NCBI GenBank assembly: GCA_010015585.1
Contig: ML975191.1
Direction: 5' to 3' (one strand)
DNA from: Eremomyces bilateralis CBS 781.70
Lineage: Eukaryota
DNA length: 41,700 nucleotides
Position numbers and translations under genes: made by a program. Shown here piece by piece: positions 11,891 to 24,877 of this stretch. The notes beneath the pieces are model-generated. The model was not told the DNA's origin and ran no database searches. It saw only the letters and a list, made by a program, of their open reading frames with translations. Positions within the stretch are counted from its first letter, which is position 1; each line of letters starts with the position of its first letter.

Positions 11891-12968
11891 ATGGCCGACA
11901 AACTCAAACCCTATGCCGACTTGTATACCAATCCCCAAGGGGTTGGCGACAAGCGACCCACTGCCCTCCGCGTGGTTCAAGACGACGGACTCGTTAACGC
12001 TTACGAGGGGAAAGTCGGGCTTATAACAGGTGGAACAAATGGCATTGGTGTCGAGGCGGTGCGAGCTTTGCACGCCACCGGGGCAGACGTCTACTTCACC
12101 GCTCGTGATGCTGCCAAAGCAAAAAAAGTGATCGAAGATATCCGGACTACATCGGAGAGTCAGGGTAAACTCGATTTTGTGATCATGAACATGGACTCGC
12201 TTCAGTCGGTGCGAGAGGCGGTCAAGGTTTTCTTGTCCAAAAGTTTTAAGTTGAATATCCTCATCAACAATGCCGGTATGTGTCCACTTCTATATATTGA
12301 CTTTTGCGGTTCCTGAGTCTGCTCTAGGCATCATGGGAACTCCTTACAGTTTGACTGAAGACGGATTCGAGCGTCAATTTGGTGTCAACCACCTTGCGCA
12401 CTTTCTATTCACCGTATTGCTCTTGCCGACACTTGAAAAGAGCGCCACGCCACAACTACAGTCTCGTGTAGTGAATGTTTCCTCCTCGTCGCACAGGCAT
12501 GCCACGATTTCTTGGGAGCACTACAATTCTCATCCGATTATTTATAATCCTGAGTTTGCTTACGGTCAGAGTAAGACAGCAAATATATGGATGGCGAATA
12601 CCATTGACCGCAAATACGGCTCCCGCGGTGTCCATGGATTATCTGTGGGGCCTGGTGGAATTTGGACTGGTCTGCTGGCTTACACTCCAGCTGACATCGT
12701 GGATGCGTTTAAGCTGAACCCTAACATTAACATTCATATGCTAAGCGCCGAGCAGGGGTCTGCTACTACGCTTTGGGCTGCGGTTGGTAGAGTGTGGGAA
12801 GGGAAGGGAGGAGAGTACCTCCATGACTGCCAAATTGCGCCTCCGGAAACGGGTGACTTCTATAACGCGATGAGTGCTGCTGCAGCACCGTGGGCCAAGG
12901 GACGGACAGACGATGAAAACAGGTTATGGACATTGAGCGAACAGCTTGTTGGGGCGAATGCACCATGA
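11891..12968 (+). CDS. Short-chain dehydrogenase/reductase (retinol-DH/WWOX-like), 341 aa; intron 12276-12327
   Basis: TGGTNGIG; NNAG-IM joined by a gtatgt..ctag intron; FGVNHLAHF; VVNVSS; YGQSK. Confidence 0.92.
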
Positions 12969-13070
12969 CCATAGCCGCTTGGTTGCTATAAGAAGGCAAA
13001 GCTGAACGCACTAGTAAGTTAACTGTTACTGGTGTAAAATAGCAGCACGGGTCAAATTAAGCAGAATTAT

Positions 13071-14893
13071 TCATTCGCGATTAATGAGTTTCATGGCTCC
13101 TGCTTGTTCAAGCAAGTTCAGATACTCCCCTGAATTCGATGTTAGGCCTGTAACAGAGCTGTTCATTCGACTTACCTGCAAGACGCCAGCGTATCTCAAG
13201 GCACTGTAGCCCTTTAACGATTTCCCTCAGAGCCTCGTACATTTTTGGATCATGATCTTCTCGTATAAACCATGCGCACTCTGTAGCAGCATGGTACAAA
13301 CATGGCGCCGTGAAGGGGCATGCAGTGTCAATTTTGGCAATCTTTGGTGCAGTAGAAACCGCAAGATCTTTAATACCACGGAGACAAATGTTCTGCATTT
13401 CTAGTGCGAGAGGCTCCCGTACGGTGGAGCCCGTAGGCTCATTGCAACCGTATAAGTTGTACAGTATGAGGCCGCTTGAAGTACAAAGCGCCGAAGCCAT
13501 CAGCCTAGAAGGGGATTGGGAGTTATTGAACGATGTGCCATTAATTTCCGACTTGTCGAGGGCGGAATGGAGCATAGAGAGCGCGGTGTGGAGATTGTGG
13601 GCTTCGGAAAGCAGGTGCGCGGCGTCGTCTGATGTCAATTTTGCTGCTCTGTGATGGGCGACCTTACTGAGCATGTGAGCACTCTGGCACACAGTGGCAA
13701 ATGAACCTAGCACCATGGTTTCGCTGAAGGTGGTGGAGTATAGATGTTCGCTTCCCACTATCGTTCCGCTGTCCCAATCTTCGTCGTTGACTGGTAAAAG
13801 CTCTTCGAAACAGGGCTCAGGTGCTGCAAACGGCATTCCCCTCGTTTCGATGTTCACAAATCTAGCCGATGGGTTAGTCGGTATATACTATACAAACGAA
13901 CATTATTACAGACCTGTCAAGTACGAAGACCGCCCACCATGTCCTACGTTGCTCTTCGCGGAGAGTCCAGGTCTCGAAGTCTTCAAAGAGCTGCTGCGCG
14001 CGCTCTCTATCATGCATACCCATTAGAATACCCAGCCGGGCCGCACGGCCTATGGTGAGGTATGCGGCCGGATAAATGGCGTTAGAGAGCTCATATACAG
14101 CTAATAGAACAAGAGATTGAACGAGACGTATAGAGACGAACCCAGTCGTTTCCGCGGTCGAGCAGAGTGATGTTGCGACTGCATATAAGCTAGAGATGGA
14201 AGGCCGATACTCGATTCGGTTTAAGCAGAGACCCATGCATAATAGAAGGAGAGGCAGACAGGTGTCCACGTGGGCAGAACCATGGTCTAGACTCTCTAGG
14301 TCTCGTATAAGTCGCTTCTTGCTAATCATGGGTAGCCACATGTGCACAGTCGCGAGATATTGCAGACAGATCTCGCTATGATCATGCTTAAGAGAGGCTA
14401 ATGCAGATCTCCAAATGGGGGACGATTCAGACCCAAAATCGAGAGCATTTGCATTCAAAGGGGTCAGGAAATCGGTATCCAAGAAGAACGATAGCGGAAA
14501 TGGTCGGCTGGGGCCTTCGGCGGAGCTGTGCTGGTTGGTAGTTATCGCGATATAGTCCTTAACGTGACTTCTACTATCAACATGGGGACGGGGCACTGAT
14601 GTATGGAATACCGCATTGCTCGCAGTAGTGTTCGATTCCGACCAATCAGTATATTCGCACTTTTTCCGAAGGCGAATGCACTACTGCGAATAAGCATGGT
14701 TCTCATATGCTGTCATATCTATAGATATAGGGCTGCTTTTATACCAGGGCACATGATGGTACATCTCTTGTGCATTTTCGCTTCAGGCGCCTGCGATATG
14801 TGTGAGCCACCGCGAGTCTCAGATCAGTTACTCGTACCTGCAAGCCTGACATGCCTGAAGGGCTTTTTGTGCTGTTCCCAAGATCGAGGACAT
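13071..14893 (-). CDS. Zn(II)2Cys6 transcription factor with fungal middle-homology region, about 537 aa, 5 exons (14893-14838, 14790-14745, 14680-13914, 13861-13176, 13129-13071)
   Basis: Spliced N-terminus CQACRRLKRKCTRDVPSCALCIRLRKKC; VHMWLPMI; EEQRRTWWAVFVLDR; all introns GT-AG and frame-consistent. Confidence 0.9.
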
Positions 14894-15396
14894 AATTCTG
14901 GCGCGGTAATACTCCAGGGTAGCGCCTAGGCCGCGAGGCCTCGTGGTTGTAGATTCCTACCGATTTGTCTTTAGCAGCTTTGGAGTCCTTTCATATAATA
15001 ATCGAAAACCTTGTAGCTGCAGCAAGTGCCTGGAGGAACGAAGTGCCTGGACTCTGGAGGAACGAAGTTCCGTAAGGTCTGAGTGAGAGAGAGATTCAAC
15101 GCCCGTCAGGCCTCTCAGCGAGGCCCATGTGGGGAACTACCGAGGCTGACTAATTACATACATTTGTGCCCTGTGGCCTTCTGCCCCCGTTTTCTATCTT
15201 CGGTCTTCTAACTGGCTTCTATATCTGCGGCTAACATAGGGAAATATTATAACTGTATTAAGGGAATAAGATGGTCAGTGTGCTGGGTGCCTCTGTTCCT
15301 CTAAGTTCTGATCTAGATGATGTTTGGAGTATAATATGATCCATTTTGTTGTAGATTAATGAACTGTCTGAGCAGGTGGGAAGTCTGCAGGCTATA

Positions 15397-15538
15397 TGTG
15401 ATGGATCAGAGGTCTGTAGACCTGGATGCCTTGTGGCCTTGTGGCCCGTTTGCTCTGCACCATCAGGACATAATTCCTCGCACACTTTAGATAGATTCCG
15501 CCTTCATAGCAACAATTCAATGTTTGCCTCACGATTCG
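15397..15538 (+). mobile_element. Truncated LTR (family of 40253-40424)
   Basis: tgtgatggatcagagg...tgtttgcctcacgatt matches 40253 onward; cut off by the Copia LTR at 15539. Confidence 0.8.
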
Positions 15539-16852
15539 TGTTGATAGTTTAGGCGTGTCTATCCACACGGAAGCAATAGGTTACGTGACGAAGAATGTAA
15601 AGTGCTTGTATTTCTGTAAGAAGTAGAGTACCGAACGAGGTAGATATACCCATGACTAAGTAATAGCCGAAGAGGGGAAACTAATGACTAAGTAATAGCC
15701 GAAGCGGGGAAACGAATGACTAAGTAATGACATCAGATCTTGACACACCCCCTCAGATCTAGCAGAGATCTGTATATCACAACGGAATCGCGGAATCACT
15801 TAAGTTCATTTCGGTGACTGATGCGATCATATCTCGTGGGATTGTGATGAGGTGCAGTTTCCTTGGAGGTCTTGTGTTTTGGAGGAAAGTGTGATATTCC
15901 TGCCAGATCTTGTGGAGCGTAGGTTTCTCAGTGCGCTGGTTTGCTTTTGAGCAGTGGTGGAACGCGTCTGGCGCATTGGAGGCTGCTGTGCTGAAGAAGA
16001 GGCGGCGGAAGTTTGTTTATTCCTGCGCGGTGGAGGCCCAGGAGGGACTGGCGGTGTTGGGGCAGAGGAAACAGTTGCGGGTGTTATCTGCTGTGCTGGA
16101 GAGGAGACCCGGTAGGACTGGAGCGTTTCCTTGATGAGCTGAAGATCTGGTAAGGCATCTTCGAACTTTTCATTGGTAGGGGAAGGGGAATCACTGTGGA
16201 TTCTTTCCTGGGGAAGGATATCAAGAAGCTAGGATGCCCGATGACTGGACGATTGGTAAGGATCCGGTTCAGGTGTTGTTTCGGGCGTGGCGAGGTAACC
16301 TGAAGGATCATATGTGTGCTTTTGGACCTCGGAGCTTGTCTGTGGAAGTGGAGACAATGGGCTGTTAAGGTTTTTGGGCTGGATGCAGTTGTGCGTAGAG
16401 TCAAGGTAATGATCATCTGGAATAGGGGGAAGTTCGATATTGAAGCGAGGAACTTGTATAGAGTCAGGCATGTGGTGTACGGCGTCTGGACGAGCGTGAC
16501 CAAGGTGCCGATGCCATTGCTCTGGGGGAGCGGTGGGTAGTGAGATGCCGTAGGACGACGCTGCGTTAGCGGTGTAAACAGCAGGTTATGTAGCGATACT
16601 GTTAGGAGGCTCGAGGAAGAGGAGGTAGTTCTCCTTAAAGAGTCTCGTAATATAGTGATCACTATTTCTGTGACGCAAGAAGTGATCTTTACCAAAGTAA
16701 TAGATATCGATCTAATCGAAGAGCAGTCCGCCTGCGATATTAATATGGTAGCCGGGGAGGTAGATAACCCCCTATAGCTCCATAGTCCGGTTGTTACTAT
16801 AAGTATCCTTATAGATAACGTTGACCGACCTAGTACCATGATACTGGTGGAG

Positions 16853-17056
16853 TGTCAGGGCACGAAGAATGAGGCAAAACTCTGTGATTCGTGATATACT
16901 AGAATCAATCTACAAAGGAGCAAGAAGGATCTAAAATACAATCCGCTGTGTGAGGGAGTGATAAGTAGGCCTTGGGGGTGAACATAACACATCGTAAGGC
17001 CACAAGGCACCCACACCCCCAGGCATCAAACTGAATTCAGTCTTCGTTCCTTCACA
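16853..17056 (-). mobile_element. Solo LTR (204 bp) with 5-bp TSD TGGAG
   Basis: TG..CA ends; tggag at 16848-16852 and 17057-17061; inverted relative of 24878-25077 (strand is relative to that copy). Confidence 0.9.
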
Positions 17057-18387
17057 TGGAGGACCAAACCGAAACGAATGGCTCCAGTATCATTGGGGTT
17101 AAAGTCATGGAAGCGATGGATATCATGACAGACGTGAACGTTTACACCAGTATCAAAGATAAATAGATTGGTGGCATAAGGCTGGCGATCAATTGTCGCG
17201 ACATTAATAGTGTTCGCCTCCTTTGGAATCTGCGGTACTAGAGGAATAACGAGCTGGCCATTTAGATTAGGAGGGAGCCATGCCGGTGCTAAAACCTTGT
17301 CGCGTTGGAGCTGCTTGTAGATCTTCTCAAGCGGTCCTGGAGGGAGATTCTGAAATCGTTCGACGATAGCAGGGTCCTCGTGATAGTCCTTAGATCGCCT
17401 GGAGGAATTGACGTGAGGGCATTCTCCAAACCAATGTTTTACTCCACAGATACAGTCGTTGAACGGAACTTTAGCATTAAGTTGTCCTCTTTACGGTTGT
17501 TGTCGTTCGGTAACTTCGAGGGTTGCGTTAGCGAACTTCTATAAGGAGTCTTGGTTGCTAAGGAAGTTTCCAAGGTTAAGAAACCAATCGACGAGTGTCG
17601 GAAGGTCGGCCATGGTAGGGCTAAGCGTATTTCCAGCGATGCGGTTGAAGACGTGTACCTGGAAATCCTTCTCGATTGAAGTAGCGACGGCTATGAAAGC
17701 TCGACAGATGTAGCGGTTTGTAAGATGGTCAACAAGGTCACGGACAGACCCAATCTTCTCTTATAACTTAAGCCAATCGTTGGCATAGTCGAGATTGGAC
17801 TGGTTCCGGTTCTTCTTGCCCTCCTTTAAGCGGTTGAACTCTTCTTCAAGGTAATATGCCAATTAAGTTGACTGTGGGGCGGCGTAACGGTGGAGCGACT
17901 CCAACATGTCCTTGGCGAGATATTTATCCTTGATGTATCGAGTCATACCACCACTGACAGAAGCGGTGATAGCGTTGGCCAGGTTCTTCAGTTCATTTTC
18001 ACGGAGATCGTACTCCCTTTTCTCGTAGTCAAAGGATTTCCAGATCCATTGTTGTAGGCTGAGATCCGTGTCTGCAGTTAGACGAGAAGGAATGGTAGGA
18101 GACTTATAGATAGGCTGCGCTACAGCTTCCTTTCCATCTAAGGCAGGGGTTTCGACAAAGGTTGGGTTGACGTAGTCCCAAACTTTGATGCGTTGGGCGT
18201 AGTTCTTGATCTCTTCGTACCAGTCGATCCAGTTAGTAATATCCTTCAAGGTGCTCTTGATAGTGACTGTGTGATTAGAGCTGGTAGAGGAAGACATAGT
18301 GAAAAGAGTTGTAGGAGGACGATTCCTAAGAGGTAGGAATCGAGACTCGTACGACGACGTGTCAGAGGACCGTCAGAGGTCGGAGGA

Positions 18388-21300
18388 TGTCGGAACTCCG
18401 CGGCTATTACTTAGTCACCGCACCTTGTAGATTACATAAGATTACATAAGCCCTGGGTATATATACCCGTCAAGGTAAACTATGTACTTCTGACCGAATA
18501 CAAGCATCTCACTGCCTCTGAACAGGTATCCTATTGTTTCCGTGATTGATTGACACGCCAAAACGATCAACAGTTATGAGCCCAATTTGCCTTGAAGCTC
18601 GATCTCTATATCAGCTTTCCGATTGATCTCAATATAGACCGTTGCTCCGCCAAAGCATCGTCTTCCGCCCGCTTCCGCGTCCCTCGACGACATCCCGAGA
18701 GACTCCATTCCTACCTACGTCTAGGAACTGTCCTATTATAGCGACATTTTCACAATGTCTTCTTCTACCAATTCCAATCATACGGTCACTATCCAGAACC
18801 CGTTGAAGGATATCACCAACTGGATCGACTGGTACGAAGAGATCAAGAACTACGCCCAACGCATCAAAGTTTGGGACTACGTCAACCCAACCTTCGTCGA
18901 AAGCCCTGCCTCAGAAGGAAAGGAAGCAGTAAAGCAACCTATCCATAAGGATCCTGCTCTTCCTCCTAGTCCATCTGGAAATGAGACGAACCCTGACATA
19001 CAATGGCTCTGGAAAACCTTCGAATACGAGAAAAGAGCATACGATCTCCGTGAGGCTGAACTCAAGAATCTCGCCAACGCTATCACCGCTTCCGTCAGTG
19101 GTGGTATGACTCGGTATATCAAGGGCAAATACCTTGCCAAGGACATGTTGCAGTCACTCCACCGTTACGCGGCTCCACAGTCAACCAAATTGGCATCTTA
19201 CCTTGAAGAAGAGTTCAACCGTTTGAAGAAGGGAAAGAAGAACCGGAATCAGTCTAATCTAGACTATGCCAACGATTAGCTTAAGTTGCAAGAGAAGATT
19301 GAGTCTGTCCGAGATCTTATTGATCATCTTACTGACCGATATATCTGCCGAGCTTTTATAGCCGCCGCTAATTCCATTAATAAGGAATTTCGGACGCACG
19401 TCTATACCCGCATCGCTGGAGACACGCTTAGCCCTACCCTTGCCGACCTTCCTACACTCGTTGATTGGTTCCTCGGCTTTGAAATCTTCCACAACGACCA
19501 AGACTCTTCGCAGAAGTTCGCTAACGTAACCCTCGAAGTTGCTGAACACCAACATCAACCGCAAAGAGGACAACGTAATGCAAAGGTTCCGTACAAAGAC
19601 TGCATCTGTGGAGTGAAACATTGGTATGGGGAATGCCCTCACATCAATTCCTCCAGGCGATCCAAGGATCATCACGAGGACCCTGCTATTATCGAACGAT
19701 TTCAGAGGCTCCCTCCAGGACCGCTTGAGAAGATCTATAAGCAGCTCCAACGCGACAAGGTCACAGCACCGGCATGGCTCCCTCCTAATCCAAGTGCCCA
19801 ACTCATCGTTCCTCCGGCACCGCAGATTCCAAAGGAGGCGAATACCATCATTATCGCGTCAATCGATCACCAGTCTTATGCCACTAATCGGTTTATCTTC
19901 GACACTGGCGCGAACGTCCATGTCTGTCACGATATCCACCGCTTCCACGACTTCAAACCCAATGATACTGGAGCCATCCGTTTCGGCATGGCCCTCCATC
20001 AGTATCACGGTACTGGATCAGTCAACGTCACTCTTAAGGATTTTCGTGGAAACACCCGAACTATGGAGCTACAGGGGGTCATCTACCTCCCTGGTTTCCA
20101 TGTTAATATCGCAGGCGGACAACTCTTCGATCAGGTCGACATATACTACTTTGGTAAAGATCACTCCTTACGTCACAGAAATGGTGATCACTACATTGCG
20201 AGACTCTTTAAGGAGAATCACCTTCTCTTTCTCGAACCTCCAGACAGTATCGTTCCACAACCTGCTGTTTATACTGCCAACGCAGCATCGTCCTACGACA
20301 TCTCTATGACCACTGCTCCGCTAGAGCAATGGCATCGACGCCTTGGTCACGCTCGTCCGGACGCTATACGCCACATGCCTGACGCTGTACAAGGTATCAG
20401 AATTATCACCCACTCCTCGCCAGACAAGGACAACTCCTTGTGCGATACCTGCAACCTAGCTCAAGTCCCAAAGCGGATCTCGCGCGTACCACAACCACGT
20501 GGTAACGCCCCCTTTGAGAAGGTTTGCCTTGACCTAGTCTTCATGGAAAATGCCTTCAACGATGACAGGTATATCCTCCACTTCTATGATCCATACTCTA
20601 CGTTCCATAGGGCTTTCCCTATCCGCGACAAGAAACAACAGACACAAATGGCCTGCATTAAGGAATTCTTCTGCTGGATCTACAACTGGGGATTTCGAGT
20701 CCTTACTCTCCAGCTCGATAATGAGACAGCCCTCAGCGATGAGTTTGACAAGTTCTGCCGCGACGCTGGAATCGAGGTCAATCACTCCGCTCCAGGTACA
20801 CACGACCAGAACGGCTTTATAGAACGTTCTGGGGGGGTGATGGTAACTATGGCTTGCAAAATCTGCATCGAGTCTAAACTTCCGAAGTCTCTCTGGCCTG
20901 AATTTGTCGCGCATGCCGAGTACCTGCTTAATCGGACTCCATTCAAGCACCCTACTCTTAACAAGTTCATTACACCCTTTGAGATTATCGCGAAGAGGAA
21001 GCCAAACCTCTCCCATCTCCAGATCATTAGATCTAAGGCTTTCGTACGCAAAGAGAACGCAAAGAAGGATAAGATGGAAGAACGCGCTCATATAGGTTTT
21101 CTGACTGGCTACTCTGCCTCAAACATCTATCGTGTCTGGGTTCCTTCGCTAAATCGTATCCTCGATAGCCGAGACGTCCGGATCGATGAGTCCATTCAGT
21201 ACGACCCAGTCCTCCACGCTACCCTATCTCCTCCTTCAGACCAGGATATCCAACAGCTTGAGGTTATAGTTCCTCGCTTCAACACGGAACTTCCTCCTAT

Positions 21301-23770
21301 TCCAGATAATGATTCCCTTAACCCTGCGCACAACGGCATCCAGCCCAAAGACCTTGACAGCCTATTGTCTCTACTTCCACAGACAAGCGCTAAGGTCCAA
21401 CAGCTCCTATCCAGCCCTCCAGGTCATCTTGCTACGCCTGATGCAACACCTGAACCGGACTCTCAGCAATCGTCCAGTCATCAGGCACTTCAGCCTCTTG
21501 ACAACAATCCTTAGGGAGGAATCCAGAGTGATTCCGCTTCCCCTACCAATACAGGTTTCGAAGACGCCTCACCAGATCTTCAGCTTATCGAGGAAACGCT
21601 CCAGTCCTACCGGGTCTCCTCTCCAACACCACAGGATATACCCGAAACTGGTTCCTCTACTCCAACTCCATCAGTCCCTCCTGAGCCTACCACGCGCCAG
21701 ACGCGCTCTACTACTGCTCAAAAGGAAACTAGCGCACTAAGAAACCTACGCTCTACAAGGTCTGGCAGGAAAATCACACTTTCCTCCAAGGCAAGAGACG
21801 TCCAAAGAAACAGTGCCATCCAATCCCAAGATGAACTTATCGAAAACGCAATCCATGCTTTCTCCGTCGCTGTCGCCAAAGCTGTCCTAGTTTCTGACAT
21901 GCCTCGTGAACCACAACACTGGTCTGATATGAAACACCACTTCTACAGCACTGAATGGTTCCGGGCAGCCAAGATTGAGATCGCAAAGCTTATCGAAATG
22001 GGAACACTTGTCGAGGTTGATATACCTACAGGCCAACAGGTCCTCCCTGTTCGCTGGGTCTTCAAATACAAGCAGGATCAGAACGGATACTTCACCAAGT
22101 TCAAAGCTCGCCTCTGCATTCGCGGAGACCTCCAATTTATCCAGAATCGAGACGACCTTTACGCTGCCGCTGGTGCGTACTCCACCTTCCGCGTCCTAAT
22201 GGCCCTTATGGCTGCCTTCGACCTTGAATGCGTTGCCGCTGATGTTACTAATGCATTCGCCAATGCGGTTCAAGATACCGAGGTCTATATCCGCTGCCCC
22301 GAAGGCTTTGGTCAGAAAGGACGCTGCTTCCTCGTCAAGAAAGCCCTCTACGGACTCCGCAAGTCCCCAAAGCTATGGTTCGAAACTATCTCTGAGTTCC
22401 TCTCCACCCTCGGTCTTACAGCAATCACCGAGGACCCCTGCGTATTTATGTCCCCATCACTTATCGTCTTTGTCTACGTTGACGATATTATCGTACTCGG
22501 CTCGAAGTCGAATCGTCCACTAATCGATGAGTTCTTTCGTAAACTCCTCGCACGGTTCGAGTCCCGGATACTCGGTGATATCGAGGTCTTCCTCGGCATT
22601 CGTATCGTCCGCGATCGTGCACAACGGAAGGTCTGGCTCTGTCAAGACGCCTACGTAGATAAGTTGGTCAACAAGTTCCATCGGGAAGAGGCAGCACCGG
22701 TCAATTCACCCCTTTCCCAAGACTTCTCCGATCAACGGTATGAGGGAACCGCATCCGTTCGCTCTATCCAAGGTTACCAGCAGAAGGTCGGATCCCTTGT
22801 ATATGCCGCAGTGACCACACGCCCTGATATCGCCCTTGCGGTATCCAGGCTTTCCCGTCACAACATCAATCCGTCTCCAAGGCATATAGAAGAGGCTGAT
22901 CGCTGCATCGCCTACCTAAAGACGACGAAATTCCACGCACTTGAATACTCCGGGTCTTCACAACCTCCTCCAGATGCCAGCTCACTTCCCGTCCAGGCTG
23001 CTTCTGACGCATCCTTCGCTGATGATCCAGAGACTCGCAAGTCCTCTAACGGATACATCATTTACCTGTTCAACGGCCCCGTTCGTTGGCAATCCGCCCG
23101 TCAGACAGTGGTAACGACCTCTACAACCGAAGCTGAGCTCCTTGCCCTCTCCTGGGCAGCACGCGAAGTAATCGCGATGAACCGTCTCTTCCGTCAACTC
23201 AGATTTGATCCAGAGCAAGAACTCACGATCCAATGTGATAATAAGCAGACAGTTGGTATTGTCTCTAAGCCAACCCCTTTGCTCACTTCACGCCTCCGTC
23301 ACGTTAATATCCATCAGTTCTGGCTACGCCAAGAGGTTCAGACTGGTGACCTCAACGTTGAATGGGTCTCCACATCTGAGATGGTCGCCGACGGTCTTAC
23401 CAAGATACTCTCCCCTCAGAACCACCGGAAATTCCTCGAGCACCTGAATATGCGATCTATCCAGCATCTCATTACAATCCCACGAGATATGATCACATCC
23501 GTCACTAAACGAACGTAACTGATTCAGAAGGATAACTCCGCGATACGGTTGTGATATACAGATCTTTTCTAGATCTGGGGGGGTGTGTCGGAACTCCGCG
23601 GCTATTACTTAGTCACCGCACCTTGTAGATTACATAAGATTACATAAGCCCTGGGTATATATACCCGTCAAGGTAAACTATGTACTTCTGACCGAATACA
23701 AGCATCTCACTGCCTCTGAACAGGTATCCTATTGTTTCCGTGATTGATTGACACGCCAAAACGATCAACA
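18388..23770 (+). mobile_element. Full-length Ty1/Copia retrotransposon; 185-bp LTRs identical by eye (18388-18572, 23586-23770); TSD GAGGA
   Basis: gagga at 18383-18387 and 23771-23775; PBS gttatgagccc; G-rich PPT before the 3' LTR. Confidence 0.97.
18755..23518 (+). pseudogene. Copia gag-pol polyprotein, one reading frame broken only by TAG at 19277 and 21512
   Basis: CICGVKHWYGEC; FIFDTGA protease; WHRRLGH; QNGFIER integrase; YVDD RT; SDASFAD RNase H; ORFs at 18755, 19286 and 21899 share one frame. Confidence 0.93.
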
Positions 23771-24073
23771 GAGGAGGACGTTGCTTTAAGGAACAACGGT
23801 CCGGAATGAGTTCAATGGGAAAGCTGATATAGAGATCGAGCTTTAAGGCAAATTGGGCTCATAACTGTTGAACGTTTTGGCGTGTCGTTAATCACGGAAG
23901 CAATAGGATACCTGTTCAGAGGCAATGCGATGCTTGTATTTCTGTAAGAAGTAGAATACAGAACGAGGTAGATATACCCATGACTAAGTAATAGCCGAAG
24001 AGGGGGAACGAATGACTAAGTAATAGCCGAAGCGGGGAAATGAATGACTAAGTAATGACATCAGATCTTGACA

Positions 24074-24199
24074 GATATTGATTGGGACTCTGCGCCATGA
24101 CTAAGCGCCCCACCCTTGCATCGTATCGTGAGGCACCAATATCAGGCTATAAGGCTACAATACTTCAACGCCTCAAAGTACGAAAGTACGACCGTGACA
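24074..24199 (+). mobile_element. Probable LTR fragment ending in tgaca
   Basis: LTR-like terminus and a catgactaagc motif; no second copy in the window. Confidence 0.4.
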
Positions 24200-24877
24200 A
24201 TATATCTCAAAGCGGGCGGGGTAAGGAGAAAAGATGATTCGATCCGGGCCCATCGGGCTCAAAAGGGTCATACAGAGGTAGGGGTGTTCCCGATACGATA
24301 TCGTCACGATCTTGCCATATCGGTTATCGTATCGGTGAGGAAGAATCCCGCCGATTTATATCGGCCAATCGTATCCGCAGAGATACGGCGAATGCGAATA
24401 AATATCGGCAAGATCGTCGCCGATACGACTATCGTCTCCGATATTGGCGCTAAATCATGAGTTCGTCCTAATTTGGTATTCTCTCCTGTATATCTTCTCG
24501 CAGCGACGGTAATAATGTCTATTACGCGCAATATTATAGATTCTACATATATTTTACATTGAATGATAACTTTCTAGACTTCTTTTGGCAGCATAACCAT
24601 CATGGCTTTGAATGAGAATAGAGCAATGGTTACCCGCCATAACCAACAGAATTACCTCTTACTTAATGATGGATACGATGAAACTTTACCAGAAGATCAA
24701 ATAACGGAATCCGATTTTGAATCTTTTGTCAATCTATCATCAACTGAAGTCCTGCCCTCAGAGTCAGTTTTACAGGCCCTGACTTATTCCGCACTAACAG
24801 TATCATCCTCGATCCTGCCCCGGAAACGCCCAGCGCCTACTACAGCGTAGATGTAGGATTATTTCTAAACGACTGAA

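Larger units (their letters stand above)
15539..24073 (-). mobile_element. Outer Ty1/Copia deletion derivative (LTRs 23866-24073 and 15539-15745; gag from 18297, protease; integrase core and RT-RNase H missing)
   Basis: gag similar to 18755 onward; PBS gttatgagccc after the 5' LTR; PPT gagggggtg before the 3' LTR; no TSD (attcg/gatat); interrupted by two insertions. Confidence 0.88.

Noticed and set aside
19277..19279. In-frame TAG in Copia gag as a programmed read-through site
   Set aside because: The sister element has TGG at the same position (about 17773), so it is best read as a RIP mutation; likewise TAG 21512 corresponds to CAG in the sister
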